A stretch of 64,000 nt of DNA from assembly GCA_976226885.1 (NCBI GenBank), contig OZ320314.1:39432001-39496000 (forward strand), given 5' to 3'. The notes under the pieces were generated by a model. It did no database searches, had not been told where the DNA came from, and saw nothing but the letters and a program-made list of their open reading frames with translations. Both the position numbers and the translations under genes were made by a program. The stretch is from Iphione sp. A-MEVVRFRX5. Its lineage: Eukaryota. This document shows, piece by piece, positions 24,368-38,621 of the stretch (positions are counted from its first letter, which is position 1; each line of letters starts with the position of its first letter).

Positions 24368-25629
24368 CGTCAATTGTATACCCTGCATTACACTGTGGTG
24401 TAGGCTGAACCATAGGTACATGATCAGCCTGTAACCCACAATGGGGCCTACTCTGTATAGGGGTAGTGTCTGCTACTCAAGAGTTTTCACCACAGCCAAA
24501 ACAGTGATGAGAGATCCATGCTGGGCAGTAGTCTGTAACCTCATGTCGAGGTGTGAGGCTTGCTGGGGAAGTGCAGCAAGATAGTTTATTAACCCTCACT
24601 AACATACAAGGTAGCTTGCAGGTCACTCAGTGCTCAACCGCCATGGCTGGGTGTACATGTCACTAATTGCCTGTCAATGGAGTTATTGCTGAAGCAATTT
24701 TCACACTGCTACTATATATATGTTTACTGTTTCTTCAGACAATGTCTGGAAATACTGCAAGCCAATTGGTGGGTTCCCTATTATGACATCAGAAATGGCA
24801 AAAACTCATTGTTAGTAATGGTGTCTGGCGATTCCTCCATTACTGCCATGGACTTCAAGGCTACCTTGCAGGGGCACTGTTACTACCATTTGGTGACCCA
24901 CCTCCCCAGACCCAACTGGGTGGGATGGGGCACGGCTGATCAGGGCTGTTATGGACCAAGTTCCATCCGAGAGTGAAATGTGTGCTCCTTGAACACCCCC
25001 AGTCCCCTTGGAACTGCACTGAAGACAGAAGCTTCCTTGTGGGCCTGTTGAACCGTTCAAGCATGCACAAAATACAGAGTTTACGAACTCTGTTCTGGTG
25101 TTCCAGACTTGCCATTAACTGAACCACATTACATTCAGCAATTGGCCTATTTTTTTAAAACCAATACATGTATTACTAGTACTAAGAGTTGTTACTATGA
25201 TTCAGTCGTAATGCAATTCCCCCTTTGAACCAGAACTACCAACCTCCAGCCGCTGGGAAGGCGGGAGATCTGAAACTGTCAATGACTTGTATCATCACAT
25301 TCTCTTGAATGCTCCCTTAGGGCTATATGGGGGATTTTGATAATAACAAAGATTTGAACTGTCTGCGTTCCGTTGTCCCGGAAGCCTCGTATAACAAACA
25401 CTGAACCGTCTCTGACTGAACTAACCGAGGCACCAACACTGTTAATATGATGCAAAATTAATCCCTCACCATACGGTAGTAATTCATAGCTTACTATTTA
25501 TTGCAAAGATATAAGTTCGAACCTGGAAATAAATATGGATTTATCGGTTGTTTACAAGTTGTTGCCAAGGGCCATGTTGAATTTGAATCTCCCTCCGTAA
25601 AACACACCATACCAGCGCTGTCGGCCATG

Positions 25630-25740
25630 ACACCAGGTCACGTGACGTCCTTCACAACGCATGCGCACTCCGACCCTTTCCCTTGTACTAATGGCGACAT
25701 GTGCTCAGTCTGAACAAGTCGTCCTTTACCCTAGCAGGTT
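25630..25740 (+). promoter_or_regulatory. Probable LARP1 core promoter / non-coding first exon
   Basis: CpG-containing cluster of GTCACGTGAC (25637-25646), CGCATGCGCA NRF1-like (25658-25667), pyrimidine run CCCTTTCCCTT (25674-25684) and AATGGCG YY1-like (25690-25696). It lies ~600 bp upstream of the acceptor at 26308. Confidence 0.55.
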
Positions 25741-26326
25741 GTAAAGCATGTGTTTCATATAGTCGAGCAAAGTTTCGAAATTCCGTCACCGCGAAGATAG
25801 GGCTTTCAACTAAGGAATCACTTGGCGTGCAACAACTAGGTTAGAAGACCGGAGAACCTTCTTTGGAGCTGCGCACTTGCAACGTGGTCTGTGTCTTGTT
25901 TCATGTTGATCTCATAACCTAGTGTTCTAGATGATAAATTTCCGGCGTTATCTTTCCTTTTAATTCACCGGTTTGAATTTTCATGAGGCAGGGTCATTGT
26001 AAGAAGTACAGGGCGTCATTAGGGTAGAAAAATAACGACCGTCAAGTCAGAATGTTTACAAATATGGGCGTTGTTGGACTCAAGTTGAGGACTGAATGCC
26101 ACATGTGTTGATCCTGTCAATCGTTCGATGCCAGGTGTCACACGCTGTTCCGACAACGTTCCCACATAACGCGCTAACATATTGTCGGTCAGACTACAGT
26201 TTCACCGTCTGTTTTCAGCCCAAATCACGATATTCTTGTATTCACGTGACAATATATAAGTCATATGCTAGAGGATGGTTAATGTCAACTTCGAATACCT
26301 TTCCACAGACCCCGGGGTTCTACAAA

Positions 26327-26759
26327 ATGGCTTCGGCTGTGGAAGTTAGCAACCCGGGGACGACGCAGGACTTGCTGAAAGAGGACCCGTGCAAGCCGAC
26401 GAGCCCCGTCCAGCCGAGTAAATCGGAGGATGGGGTCTCCTCAGCTAAGGTGCCCTCAAAGAAGCCGACAGAGGTGGGTGGCAATGACAAGAATGGTACC
26501 CAAGTGACAGACAAGCCCGGGGATGGGGGCAAAGACGCATCGGACGGCAAGGCTTCACAGTCGGGCAAGGTAGGACTTCCCAAAACCAAGGCGAAGATCT
26601 TCAACGCCGATTTCGTGGAGGCACCACTGCCCAAGACGAACCCCTGGACGAAGAATGCGGCCAGCGTCGCGCCCGTGCTCGCCCAGCCGCTGGAGACCAT
26701 CCAGACTGCTACGGCATTGTCAAAGGCCGCTCCAGCGCAGAACCCCGCACCTTCGATAG
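26327..26759 (+). CDS. LARP1: LARP1 first coding exon (MASAVEVSNPG...DFVEAPLPKTNPWTKN...APSI)
   Basis: ATG in aaaATGG context, 18 nt after an acceptor (tttccacag|26309). Encodes DFVEAPLPKTNPWTKN, matching the conserved LARP1 N-terminal motif (human DFVEAPPPKVNPWTKN). Ends at AG|GTGAGT in phase 1. Confidence 0.88.
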
Positions 26760-29700
26760 GTGAGTTACTACATGTACATGTACACGAAGGCATGTCATAC
26801 AAAACAGATACGTAGACTCATAAAAAAATGTATTTGTTTCCATCGAGATGAACTGTCTCATATCAAGAGCTAAACTCATCCTTCTCGGATTTCGGCACTT
26901 CTATTCTTACCCGAGTTTTACAGGTCAGGTAAAGAAAAGCCAAGTATATCAGGATATTTATTTCTATAAACTGATGTCAACGAGGAAAGACTCATTCTAT
27001 GTAGTCCACGTTTTTAAAGTTTATTTCAGATTATACCTAGGTTTTGCATGATAATGTAACATTTCTCTTAAGATCGTAACTCAATACTGACTTGTTGTTT
27101 TTGTATTTGTGAGAAAGATCTAGTTAAAGAAATGTGTAAGATTGTTTCCAAACTTGTAAAACTTTTCATCAGTCTACATATGTGCTGTTATTTTGTTTCC
27201 GAAATGTACTTATTTCTGGTCAGCAATTTCTGGTGATTTTGGGTGCTTCTAATGTCATTCTTGTCAATTAAATCGGTTGTTTTTTACCGTATTAATATGG
27301 AAAGAGCCTTGAGCAGTACCGTTAGCGTGTCGCTTAATTATGCCTGTATTCATTACCGGGATGTTTCATCTATATATAGTAATAAACAAGACGATTGCGC
27401 CACGGGCTAAATCGAAAATGGATCAAAGCCTAATTAAGACCGTTTCGGTACAGAAGCTAGCTGCTGAAAGCGGGAACTACTCTGGCATACTGTTTTTTTT
27501 TTTATGTGATCTATAAAACATTTGCATTCTTCGAGAAGCACTCCTGGATTGTTTTGTGCCTAGTGTTGCTTGTGGTGCATTTGTAACCATATTTCTAAGC
27601 TCGGTTACAGTTGAATTCCCGTTAAATTATTTGCAGCTAAATTGTTTAATTAGATTTTTAGCATAATTTCATTATACACATGTATTCAGATCGATCGTTT
27701 GGGATCTGTATTCTGGGCAGGCCAAAAAGAAAAGGATCTTAGTTCGTATTACTGGACCCATAACTGTTATAATTTTGCCATGTACTGTGACACCATCAGA
27801 AATATTATCGATAGAGAACTACATTACATGGACATGAATGGGACATTTTCAGGTACGCTGAGACTCGAGCTTATTCATCAGCAGCTGTTTCCTTTTGTTT
27901 CAAAGAGTAGTTCTATATGGTTTCTAAGTACACATTTAAGTATTTTTTGTCTTATATTAAAATTGTATGGCTTAATGGTTAACGTGCTAAGACCTTATAA
28001 GCCGCTCTGTGTTTAAAAATACGTCAGTAAATACAAACCGGCAACGTATGATGACACTCTCGATGCTAATCAGGTCATTGTGCATGTTAGTGACCCACTT
28101 GACCTTATGACACCGTAGGGCCCCAGAAGCAAGTTGTGATTAGAATTTTATTGTCTCCCGAATAATAATATCTCCCGAATGAGATGTCCACAAGCCGGGT
28201 ATTGGGAAAAATGCCAGCATTCATTTGCGTTGCTCTGAGTAAGACATTTATGTGTACTTTTTCCCGTTTGGGGGGAAAAGATCCAAGATTGAAGAAAAGT
28301 TCCCCGTGTTAGTTCGAGTCTGTCGTCAGTCATATTGCAGCGAAATCACTAAAAGCATTGCCAACTATGTTTACAACTCGTTTTGTCATTCATGAATTGA
28401 CCGCAAAACGTTCCTATCGTTTGAAGAAGATCCGTAACAGTACGCGAGTGTGATTTTTATTCTTAAGTGTGAGGATGTATAACGACAACACCTGCTGCCC
28501 TGTCTGGAAGCACGAAGGTGTATGGCCGGAGGCTTTTGAGTCCGCATTAAGTACATGTAGTATGACCTCATTGTACACGTGTTCAGACAGATTGTGATAC
28601 GAGAGAGACACGCATAGCGCATAATGATGCACTGCAGGGGAAAAAGTTATGTTCAAAACAAATACTAAGGAGATGTATGAAAAGATCCATCAACTAATAA
28701 GGATGCATGCGAAAGCGTACACTTAGTACACATCCACGTCCCCAAAGTAGTACTTTCGTAGAGCACATACATATTTTGTCTAAATTGCAGTTGTCGAATT
28801 CTCAGTCTTGCAATTTTTTTTTGAGTCACGCACAGTAGCATCACATACATGTCAGACAGCCTTGTTAATAGGGCATGATTTCTAGGCGCTGTGAATTATT
28901 CGTACACAGGATAACATGCATATCTGCATTAATTGAAGGTTTTGGAAATGTTCATTTCATTAAGTATTTGCATGTCTTTGATCAGTTCATGCTATATAAC
29001 ACGATTACTGTATTTCTTTGGATGACTTAAAAAGAATATGCTCAACATAATGTAAAAAGCGGATTTTGATTTTTTTCCTACATGTTTTTGTATACATGTG
29101 TCGGAAGCTAATCATAGTATGCAGCCCTCGATTTGTTAGTAACAGAGAATCGGTCTTTGAGAGTCACAAGAGATGGACAGTCCTGATGGACTTATAAAAG
29201 ATACAAACTCCCAGAATTATTCTTTGTTGCACAGATGAAAAGGTTCCAGTATGCATACATGTGGGTCAGTGTCACGGGCAGCAAAAAGAACGCTTGGGGG
29301 GGGGGGCGCTTGCCATTTATATATATGGCACATGCTGTGGCAACACAAGAAAGTTATGCCTGATATTTTTGCTTATATGTTCGCGATAAAATGAAAAGAA
29401 GTCATGAACTACACGAAGTAGATCTTGATATGAACCCCCCTGGTTGTAGTTATTTCACCCAGTCCTCATGTATTTTTCTGTGCCACGACTTGGAAATTTG
29501 CTACCTACATGCTTGGGTAAAGATAAGCCATACCAGGCTTGTAAGTATATACAGTGTACAGATTTAAAGAACAAATACAACTACTTTCCCACGGCACACG
29601 GAACATTAAATAAAACGTTTAGTCATGTACGTTATCCAAATAAGATGATATGATAGATGATTTTCAAATCTGTGTTCAGGACGTCTCAATGTTGTCTGTG

Positions 29701-32700
29701 AGTCGCAGCTGAGTTGTGATGTTCAGGACTATTTCCACATTTTAAAATTATCGTTGCCATTCTAGGATGGCGTTTATGAGGAGGCAGTTTGTTACAAAAT
29801 ACTTCCAAAGTTCCATTAATACCAATAACACGTCGTGGCTCTCCATATCGATATATCCCTTCTCGCTGAAATCATGCATACCCAGTTTCACTTCTGGTTT
29901 GAAGTGCTGATTTCACAAAAAGTGAAATCTCTCTTTGATTTGAAAATGCTTTAAATTAGTCTTTAGACTTGTCTAGTCGTCGAGCTTTTAACCTGCTGAT
30001 TACTGGGCACGCCCACTTACACTATTCAGACCTTGGCGCACTCCAGTAGAAGTCCACTTGGTACTGGTAATAGTTTAGCGTGACATTTCACTCAGAAAAG
30101 CCGGATGTTGATAAACGTACAGTCAACTCTCAGTTAAACATCATCACAGACGAGACTAGATTGGTAAGAGACAGGTTTTGATAAAAGCAAAAGTAGACCA
30201 GAGAGGGGAGATCAAACCACAACAAAGACGGGAGATTTCTCCAGCCCCATAGGTGGTCTCCCAGGTGAGAGTCAACTGTAATAAGTATGCAGGCTGCCCC
30301 CTCTCTCTCTCTTCTCGTGTGAATGTCATTGATTGGGTTTTATTCTTGATTACAAATCCTTTTTCAGTGACGACGTCGTTATTCCTGATGTCGCGTAGCT
30401 CCATAAGTGCAATAGTATATTATAGTACCAAATACCGCTGTGTTCCAGCGGTTTGAGGCGTGACCAGTGTTGAAATAGGTGCTGCATACTGTCGCCAGAG
30501 GCTCCTGCTTTATTCAGCCACTTTTTATTCGTAGTTATTAATATCGCCAACCTTTGTTTGTATTCAAAATACGATTGTCTTTGTTACTGTTCATGCAAAT
30601 TGGTGGCCTGCATGTGTGATGTGAGTATATTGACAAATTACATTTCAAAACATTCAATTATATATAGGAAACCAGCAGAGAGAGAAAGAGACAGACACAG
30701 AGAGAGAGACACACACACCCACACACCCACACCCTTACTACCGCATGACCCTCAAACAACCTCATCTGCCAAACTTTGTGGATGCATTAACTCTGCCTCA
30801 CTGCATCTCCGCCAGGAGGCAGCAGGTGATATAGCAGACCTAGCAAACAGATGGCAGTATACTCAGTTCCAGCAACTAACTTGACAGTGCAGTACATACA
30901 CTAAGTAAACCCCCCCCCCTTATTTCGTTACTTTCTGACCTATTCATAGCATTTCTCTTGGTTAGCAATTAACATATGCTTACGTACACCATTTCACCGT
31001 TTTTGTGCATCTTACATATGCTGTTTCGATTGATTTGCGTATTTCAAGTATTTCTTATGTTTTCTACGTGTTCTTGTGTATTGAGAACCTTGATTACATG
31101 TATTTCACATGTTTTGAAAGCTTTTTTGTAGTATTTTTGTGTATAGCGAGCCCTTCCCGCACACACACACACACACACACCCTGGGCTCTACTACGATTT
31201 ACACACGTTCACACGCACCAACTCTCATTCAACAGTCATGCCACGGACTTCAACCTGCTTGGCGTTCAGAACCCAGCCTAAAGCACACTGTTGTGAAGCA
31301 GTTGTGTGTGCTAAATGGACAGCGCAATGTCCCAATTTGTAGTCATTATTGTGTCCAGTTCACTCTGAGGTGGTTAGTCTGGTCGCTGTTAGCTGCCACA
31401 CTCTCACCACTTGCCTATCGATCTGTATTAAAATGGCACCTCCCCCTTAAAGAAAATGGTCATCCAAAGCAAACCCGGATAAGTGAAAAACATTTTTTAA
31501 TAAACAGAACCGAGCAAGGATGCATAGACAGCGGTACTTGAAGCCGCCATTCTCCTCAACCAAACTATGGTAGGCTTCTGTGACGATGTGGTGGAGTTTG
31601 GGTGGATTGGCCCTTTAGCTGATACAACTTGGGTTTTAGCAGTCTCTATAGTGTTGAACAGCTTGAAGCAACTACCAACTCAGCTGAAGCACCCCATCAC
31701 ACTGATTTCGATGGGGAATACACCTTTGACGACCTTTTCAGAGCCCTGTTCACTTGCTGTCCAGAAGTACATGTGTTTTTAGGCGCACAGCGACTCCAGG
31801 AACACATGCACCTAGCTTAGAGTGAATCCACGTGTATATATAGGACTTGCCGTTGCTGGTGAGCATGACACAGACCACAAAGTCTGGAGCGGACTGTCTT
31901 TTTGTCATGCTACAGATTGATGCGGGGGGTGGGTGGTGGGTGGCTAGTAACACAGGAAAGTAGCTCTCTGTAGCAAAGGAGTGCAGAGTAAAGGCATGGA
32001 TACTATGCTTGAAGAAATCATGTTTCTTGGTAGTATTTTGGAGTTATTTGACCCGATATTGCACATATGCAGAATCCACCTAGCATATCTTTGCACCAAA
32101 AATACATATGCATGTACATTTGTACATGTATGTAGATTCTGCCCCTTTTCTGAGAAAATCATACAGAACGAAACTCATTTCTCGTCCATATGCATATAGA
32201 AGAGGAAAAAAATAAGTTAAATTCCATTCAATGTAACCTCATGTACAACTATACAACCCGCTTCATGAAATTCCAATGCTTCTATAGGTCTACAGGTGAG
32301 AAAAATTCACCGTTACAGGCCACGCGAGCTGCAGGCAGCCATAGGAATGCGCTCCGCGCCCACAACGAAACGAACTAAAATTCTGAAAGTGACATGAGCA
32401 GTCATATATGTGGACTCTTGGTAAAACTTGATCGAAGGAGAAAGAAGTTTATAGACATTTCTGTCTGGTTGTTAGTGAGACTAGTAAGGTATGGCGTGCT
32501 GCCTGTGGTAAGGGACAGTGGGTTGTGCCAGTCAACTTGATACATTAGAGATGTCATTGTGTCCGCACTTCGTACTTTTCCAGTGCTTTTCACATATGTC
32601 TGGCCCTCCTATTCCATGTGTCACGTTTCGTGGAGTTATTTTACGTTCAACGGTTCCCCTTTTCCTTGTTTCATGATGTGGCGAGTGATTTTAAAATAGA

Positions 32701-35700
32701 CCACCAAATCGGGTTGTAATATGCTTACCGTATTGTATACAGTGAGCTCTTCTCTGAGATTTATACGCACTGTAGGCATATAAGACACACATGCAAGGAC
32801 ACAACTTGAGAAGTCTTTATTTCAAATTTAATTGTGAAATCTGCGTCTACACGTAAATAGAAACCTATAACTATTGGAGAGAATAAGTGTTAACTTATCA
32901 ATAACGATCGGATTTTAATGTACATGTTGACACATTAAATTTTGACACATTAAATTTATCATGTGGTTTCCATTATTCGTCTCTTCTCGACATTGTATAT
33001 AGAATAGGATTGCCAATCGAAGTTGTACGGAGAAACGAGTATATCATTTGAACAGTCATTCTAGATTCCCAGGTAAAAGGTGTGCCACAATTACGTGTGC
33101 CGTCATGCAGTGTCATACATGCACAAGTACTGACTTAACATATACCTTTTGATTTTTGTAACGTGTTAATAGTTCGCTGTTCATGGACGATGTAGAATGT
33201 GGGAACAGATAAATACACAATAAGAGAAAACGTGTGAAAAGATTTGTCTTCAGTTTAGTAGATTATCACTGGGCTAGGACTGATTTAAACCCACTTCCTC
33301 TTGCCATGCAAAACTTGACCAAAGGATAGTGTACCCTGTATTCATGGGACATCCTACTTTGCAGGGTACTTAGATATTTGAAGATAATTATAGATGGTAT
33401 ATCTAGTGCGTATAAAAGAAGGATGAGGATCAAAATAAACCACGGAAAGACCACCAGCCAGAGCTCCCAGTGAGCAGCCTTCCTTTTTGTCAGTGTGGCA
33501 AAGAACCCATCGCTGAGTTGTTGATTAAGTTTTGCAACTTAATGTTTTTGGGCAGCTTCGTAACACATTTCCAGAATGTCATAAAATTACTTGTTTTCAT
33601 TAGTTGGGAGTCTACTTATTATGCTGTCACCAAAGCAAAACAAAAAAAAAATGTGTTTCCGACTGACAATAATTACTGTCATAGGAGGAAAGAGCGAAAG
33701 TCTTCAGTGTAATTTGTATTCAACCTGCCTCGTGATCAAATAATTTGAAGAGGCGAGGGCTCACCACACACTGAAGTTCACGATCGGTCACCCACAGAGC
33801 TAAACGATCACATCGTGATTCCTCTCGGGGTCATTTAAAAGGATACCAGCACGAGGCCACTTGACACAAAGTCACGTGCATATTTTTGGATCGCATAGTT
33901 TATGAATAACCCTGATTCTATTGTCCGTATTGATTTCTTCGGCGCTTGTTATCTGATTAGCTGTGGTGAAGATGGCTCTCTAAAAGTTGTATAACAGGTG
34001 AAGTTAATTGTGCCGTTTTCTATGGTGGTTCGTAACGAATATATTCCATTTGAGTGAGTGTTTTTTGCAGCAGTCTTTTCAATCATTGCTCCTTTAAGTC
34101 TTGCTCTCTTCAAGGTAACTTTCCCTCACGTCCTATAGCATATTCCAAATAAGGTATGATTTTGACCTTCATGTGCCTATTCCCGTGTCGCTTATCGGGA
34201 GAGCTTATATACAAAGACTAATCTCTTGTATTTTGGCATAGGTTATCAGCACGTAGCCATGTTATTGGAAGAGGACCAGTATAACACGAGTGCCTGTGCA
34301 ATATTTTCCCTGTCAAAAGCACTATCACCGATACACAAAAAGGCTTCTTGTTTTGGTTGCCGTTTATGTATCTACACAAATTTAAACGCACACAGGCACC
34401 TACAATGAACACTTTAGATAAACAAGAACAAGTGTTATTTTTTAACAATGATTCAGCTTTGGGAATCGGTCAAGGCACTTTATGAAGCTCCATTATCAAA
34501 ACGCATAATGCAAACATGTACACGACGATGATTCTATACAGGTAGCATTCGCGTTCAGAAGTTGAGCATCGTCTCATCAAGTTTTATACTGTTTGTTTCT
34601 AGGTGGTGTCTGGGGCACAGTTGATTCGACTCATCATGCGTCTCCGACAGGTAGGACTGTGAGATTATACTAGCGAGTATATTTTGCGAAACAGTACGAA
34701 ATCCTGCTATAAGTTATATTCATGATTGTCGTGTTTCATAAAATAATTTGGTAAAATGCATATTAGTAGGATGTATTCACTCCCCCCCCGACATGATTTT
34801 CCCGCGTGTGGACGGTGTATTTCTGTTGCTGTATTTTTCACTTTACAGCTGTAAATGCACATGTAATTATTAAGTACACTTGTTTTGAAATACTCGAAAA
34901 AAAATCACGATGAATATGAAATGTGAAATATTTCCACCATCTCGTGGGGAAATGTGATAAGAATGAGTGGCATCAATAACTTCTCCTTTTTTAAAGCATA
35001 TTTTGATTATTGTATGTACATAGGTACCTGTATAGAAAAAAACAGAAATGTCAGTGGTGTCTGCCTTGTAAAGGAAAGGTCTAAGATGACAAGAAATAAC
35101 GTATACGAAGGATGTTTCATCTTTATACATAGTTAATGCATGACATTGTACTACGAATACAGTTTGGTATGTGTTTTGATGCCTGTATTTACAGAACATC
35201 GGACCTTTGATTTCTAGGTTATGATAGTGTTTCTTTTAGTTATCTCTGTTTAATCTCCTATTTTCAATAACGTATCGATCCGATATGACCAAGATATTTA
35301 ACGTATTTTTTTTCTACGTGAGGGAAATGTTTGTTGGCTTGGTGGAGAACATGACATGCCGGTAGTTGGGGGCATCGGTGGTGTTTAAGTTTTGGAAAGT
35401 TGACTCTAATGTGCCTGAAGAGTAGTTTTTATAGAGCCAATAATGTATCGAATGTGCCCTTTTATTGTTTGTCTGATCATACTAAGTTGTGTATTAAGGA
35501 GTAACGAGAGGCTGATAAGGGCCAGTCTCAAAGAGACCATAGCTGATAAAACTGTGTGAATGGTCAGCTGTGGCCGTATGCGAAGTTTGCACTAGAGCCA
35601 CATGTGTGGAACCCTAGACGGAGTATTGTATCGTGCAAATTGTCCGAAGGTGAAGTTTTTTTTTTTTTTATAAGCTGGTCCCAGTGACGAACGTGAGGTT

Positions 35701-38409
35701 TGGACGCTTCAGAACATGGCACAAGCCAAAGTATTCGTCATTCAGGTATATGTTGTCTCTTTGAACAATGCGTTTTTATCTGGAGAAGCTTGTGTGGAGC
35801 ACTTTCTGATCTGTGAACGGGCGTGTCGTGCTTTACACGCTGCCGACGCGTAGCGTTTAGAGTTTGGTCCAAGGGAAACCACCGATACACTCTACCTCAC
35901 ATCACATGTGACTGGAGCTGTGGATGATGATCACACGGTCACTCTGAAATTGATGTTGCTGTGTCCCCCCCCCCCCCCCTTCCCCGACAGCCGACCTCTC
36001 CTGAGTCTCTCCGGTCTGAGAAGGTGCTGACACCTAGGGATCTGCTGCCTCTACCTACCGGGAACGCAGCAATCCTGGTGAAATCTTCTCTCGAGAGTTG
36101 GTCTCAACATGAAAATTTTAATAAGTTAAGGCTGCTCCAATCATTGTTAAGATTTTTCTTCGAAAAGGAGACGACCCCCTCCCTGCCCCCGCCAATCTGC
36201 CTCCACTCCTGCATGTTGTTTGAAGGACTTTTTCCAGTTAAATTTACCCAGAGATGTCGATGGAGTTCGCGTTATTAATTTGTGCTTGATCCAGTAGGGG
36301 TCGCCACAATCTTAAATTGCTCTTAGATCGCCTTAGAAGAGAACAGCAGCTACCCCATACACCACTTGCCTGACAAAGGGTAATCCATGGTATTGAATCA
36401 CCCCACATCGAATTCCAGCTGTTGCCTAGGCTTCAAACAGGCGAATACTAACACCTAGTTTTCTACTGTCACTATGCTGAAGTCATCTTTGTCGACCCTA
36501 CAGGCAAGATGACCTGCCGCTGTCCACCGTGGAAAAAAATACTGTTGATCATGATGATCTCGGGACCAAGAAGGACTCGGACCACAAAAGGGTTGGGTGT
36601 GGATGTACGCAGAAAGGTCGATAATAGGGCAGGGCTGTGGCTAGACAGTCATTCCTGTGGTCACAGTGAAGTGCATTAACCCTGTACAATGTATATGATG
36701 AGCTTGGCGTCTGATTGGCACACAGGTCCAAACGTTACATTTGTCAGTGGGTTGTGTGACAGGAGTGTGTTGCGCATCCAGCGATGGGCCGCCCTGGACA
36801 AAGTGGTCCAGTTGTTGTGCTGGAGGCAGTAGTTTAGCATTAATAATGGCTTCCTGTACACGACAGACGGACACCTAGGTCTGTGTGACCTCGACCTCCT
36901 GGACGAGATCGGTCGATGATGGTGAGAGGATAGGGTTCGGAGGGGGGATGGGGGCTGTTGGTGGTTGGGAAATGTGGATAAATGTAGTCAAATTTCCTGT
37001 TTTACTTGGTGAAGGAGGTAAGCAAGAGTATTTCTGAAGAATGCAGGCGTAGAAAGAGTTTAATGTTCCTTCTACTTCCTAATCTTGCTATCAAGTGGTA
37101 GACATGTGGTTACAATGAGTCGATAACATTTAGCTTGATAATGATAGTTTCGTCTTTCCCAAGGGTTGGTCTCACAGTTGTGTTTTTTTCCACCCTTCCA
37201 GACTTTAACAGATGTGATACTCGTGTAAGAGTTCAAGCGGCATGTTGTCGTCTGTGTTACCTATAGGCATTTTTAGTTTAGTTGTTGCAGTGGTAAGACA
37301 TGTACAGTGGGCTCTCTTATTTCTTAAACCGTTTTCACTCCCTTCCTTTTTAGAATTTCTCTTAATATTAGAGGATATAGATTTCTTTGGGTAGCGTGTC
37401 TAGTAGTGTTCCTCAGTATCGATTTGGTGGAGTTAGTGAGGGTTGCCATTGTCCTGGTGAGGGTTGCCATAGAGGACAATGTCACTGGTACGTTTACCAG
37501 ATCCCACAGATGAATGCAAGCTAACCAATTCACAAATCAACAAGCGACTTGTGACCTATGACGAACCCTGCATTTGAGTTGACAATAGATCTGAGTTGAT
37601 TTAGAGATGAACGGGCCAATTGCTCGATAGTGCTTCCTTCAGTGGATTAGTGCATCTTTGTTAATGTATATCATACCAGGTCTGGATGACAATAATGGCT
37701 ATCCATGGACATGTACATTTTTATGCACCAGACACACAAGGAGGCACACATGCGCTGGATGCATACGTTTACCTCTGTGTGTGTGTGCGTGCATGCTTTT
37801 GTGTCACCTTTTGTCATCTGTCTGTTGCCGGAAACGCACACTGCGCGGAATTTGTGACTGAATGTAGACGGATGTGTTAATAGATAGCAAATCATGATGT
37901 TTTATGGACCTGGTGGTAACAAATCAGGATGTACCTACATTTAACATGGCATCTGTCAGGTTTATGAAGCCGTTCTTACTGAGCAGACCTTTGTCAGATA
38001 TGCATGGACCATTTGATGGGCGGTGGGTAGGAGGTGAGGGCGGGTGTGTAACCCTCTCCACCTGCTGGGACCGACGCTCTTTGCAGGGACACTTGTCTGG
38101 GTTTAGGGGCGGAAGGGCTCTTCGACTGAGAGGAAATGTTGGGATTATGTGAGAGAGCAAACGATGAGGACTATTTCTACCCAGAGAGCGCAGTGCGCCC
38201 GACCTAGATCCACCATCGTGCGGCAGCGGCCTGTGGTGGAGAGATAATCGCGGGCGGTGGCGGTGGTGACTTATGGTCGGGGAGATTTGAGAGTGGTGAT
38301 GGTGGTGGTGGTGATGCTGACGATGGTGGTAGAGGCGATTTTTGAACAGAGTTGGCCAGGGACGTCGCACACGCACCTTTTAGTTGGGCACGTCCCCAAA
38401 AAGGAAGGC

Positions 38410-38621
38410 NNNNNNNNNNNNNNNNNNNNNNNNNNNNNNNNNNNNNNNNNNNNNNNNNNNNNNNNNNNNNNNNNNNNNNNNNNNNNNNNNNNNNNNNNNN
38501 NNNNNNNNNNNNNNNNNNNNNNNNNNNNNNNNNNNNNNNNNNNNNNNNNNNNNNNNNNNNNNNNNNNNNNNNNNNNNNNNNNNNNNNNNNNNNNNNNNNN
38601 NNNNNNNNNNNNNNNNNNNNN
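38410..38621. other. Assembly gap (212 N)
   Basis: Run of N. Confidence 1.

Noticed and set aside
26096-26326. N-terminal extension of the 239-aa ORF (MPHVLILS...)
   Set aside because: Lies upstream of a good acceptor at 26308 and is AT-rich and intron-like; the ATG at 26327 has the better context.
30745-30834. MTLKQPHLPNFVDALTLP, faintly like the FVEAPLP motif
   Set aside because: Weak similarity, follows a microsatellite, stops soon after and has a mediocre donor.
37924-38376. His-rich 150-aa minus-strand ORF
   Set aside because: Produced by a (GGT/GAT)n low-complexity tract; no splice or homology support.
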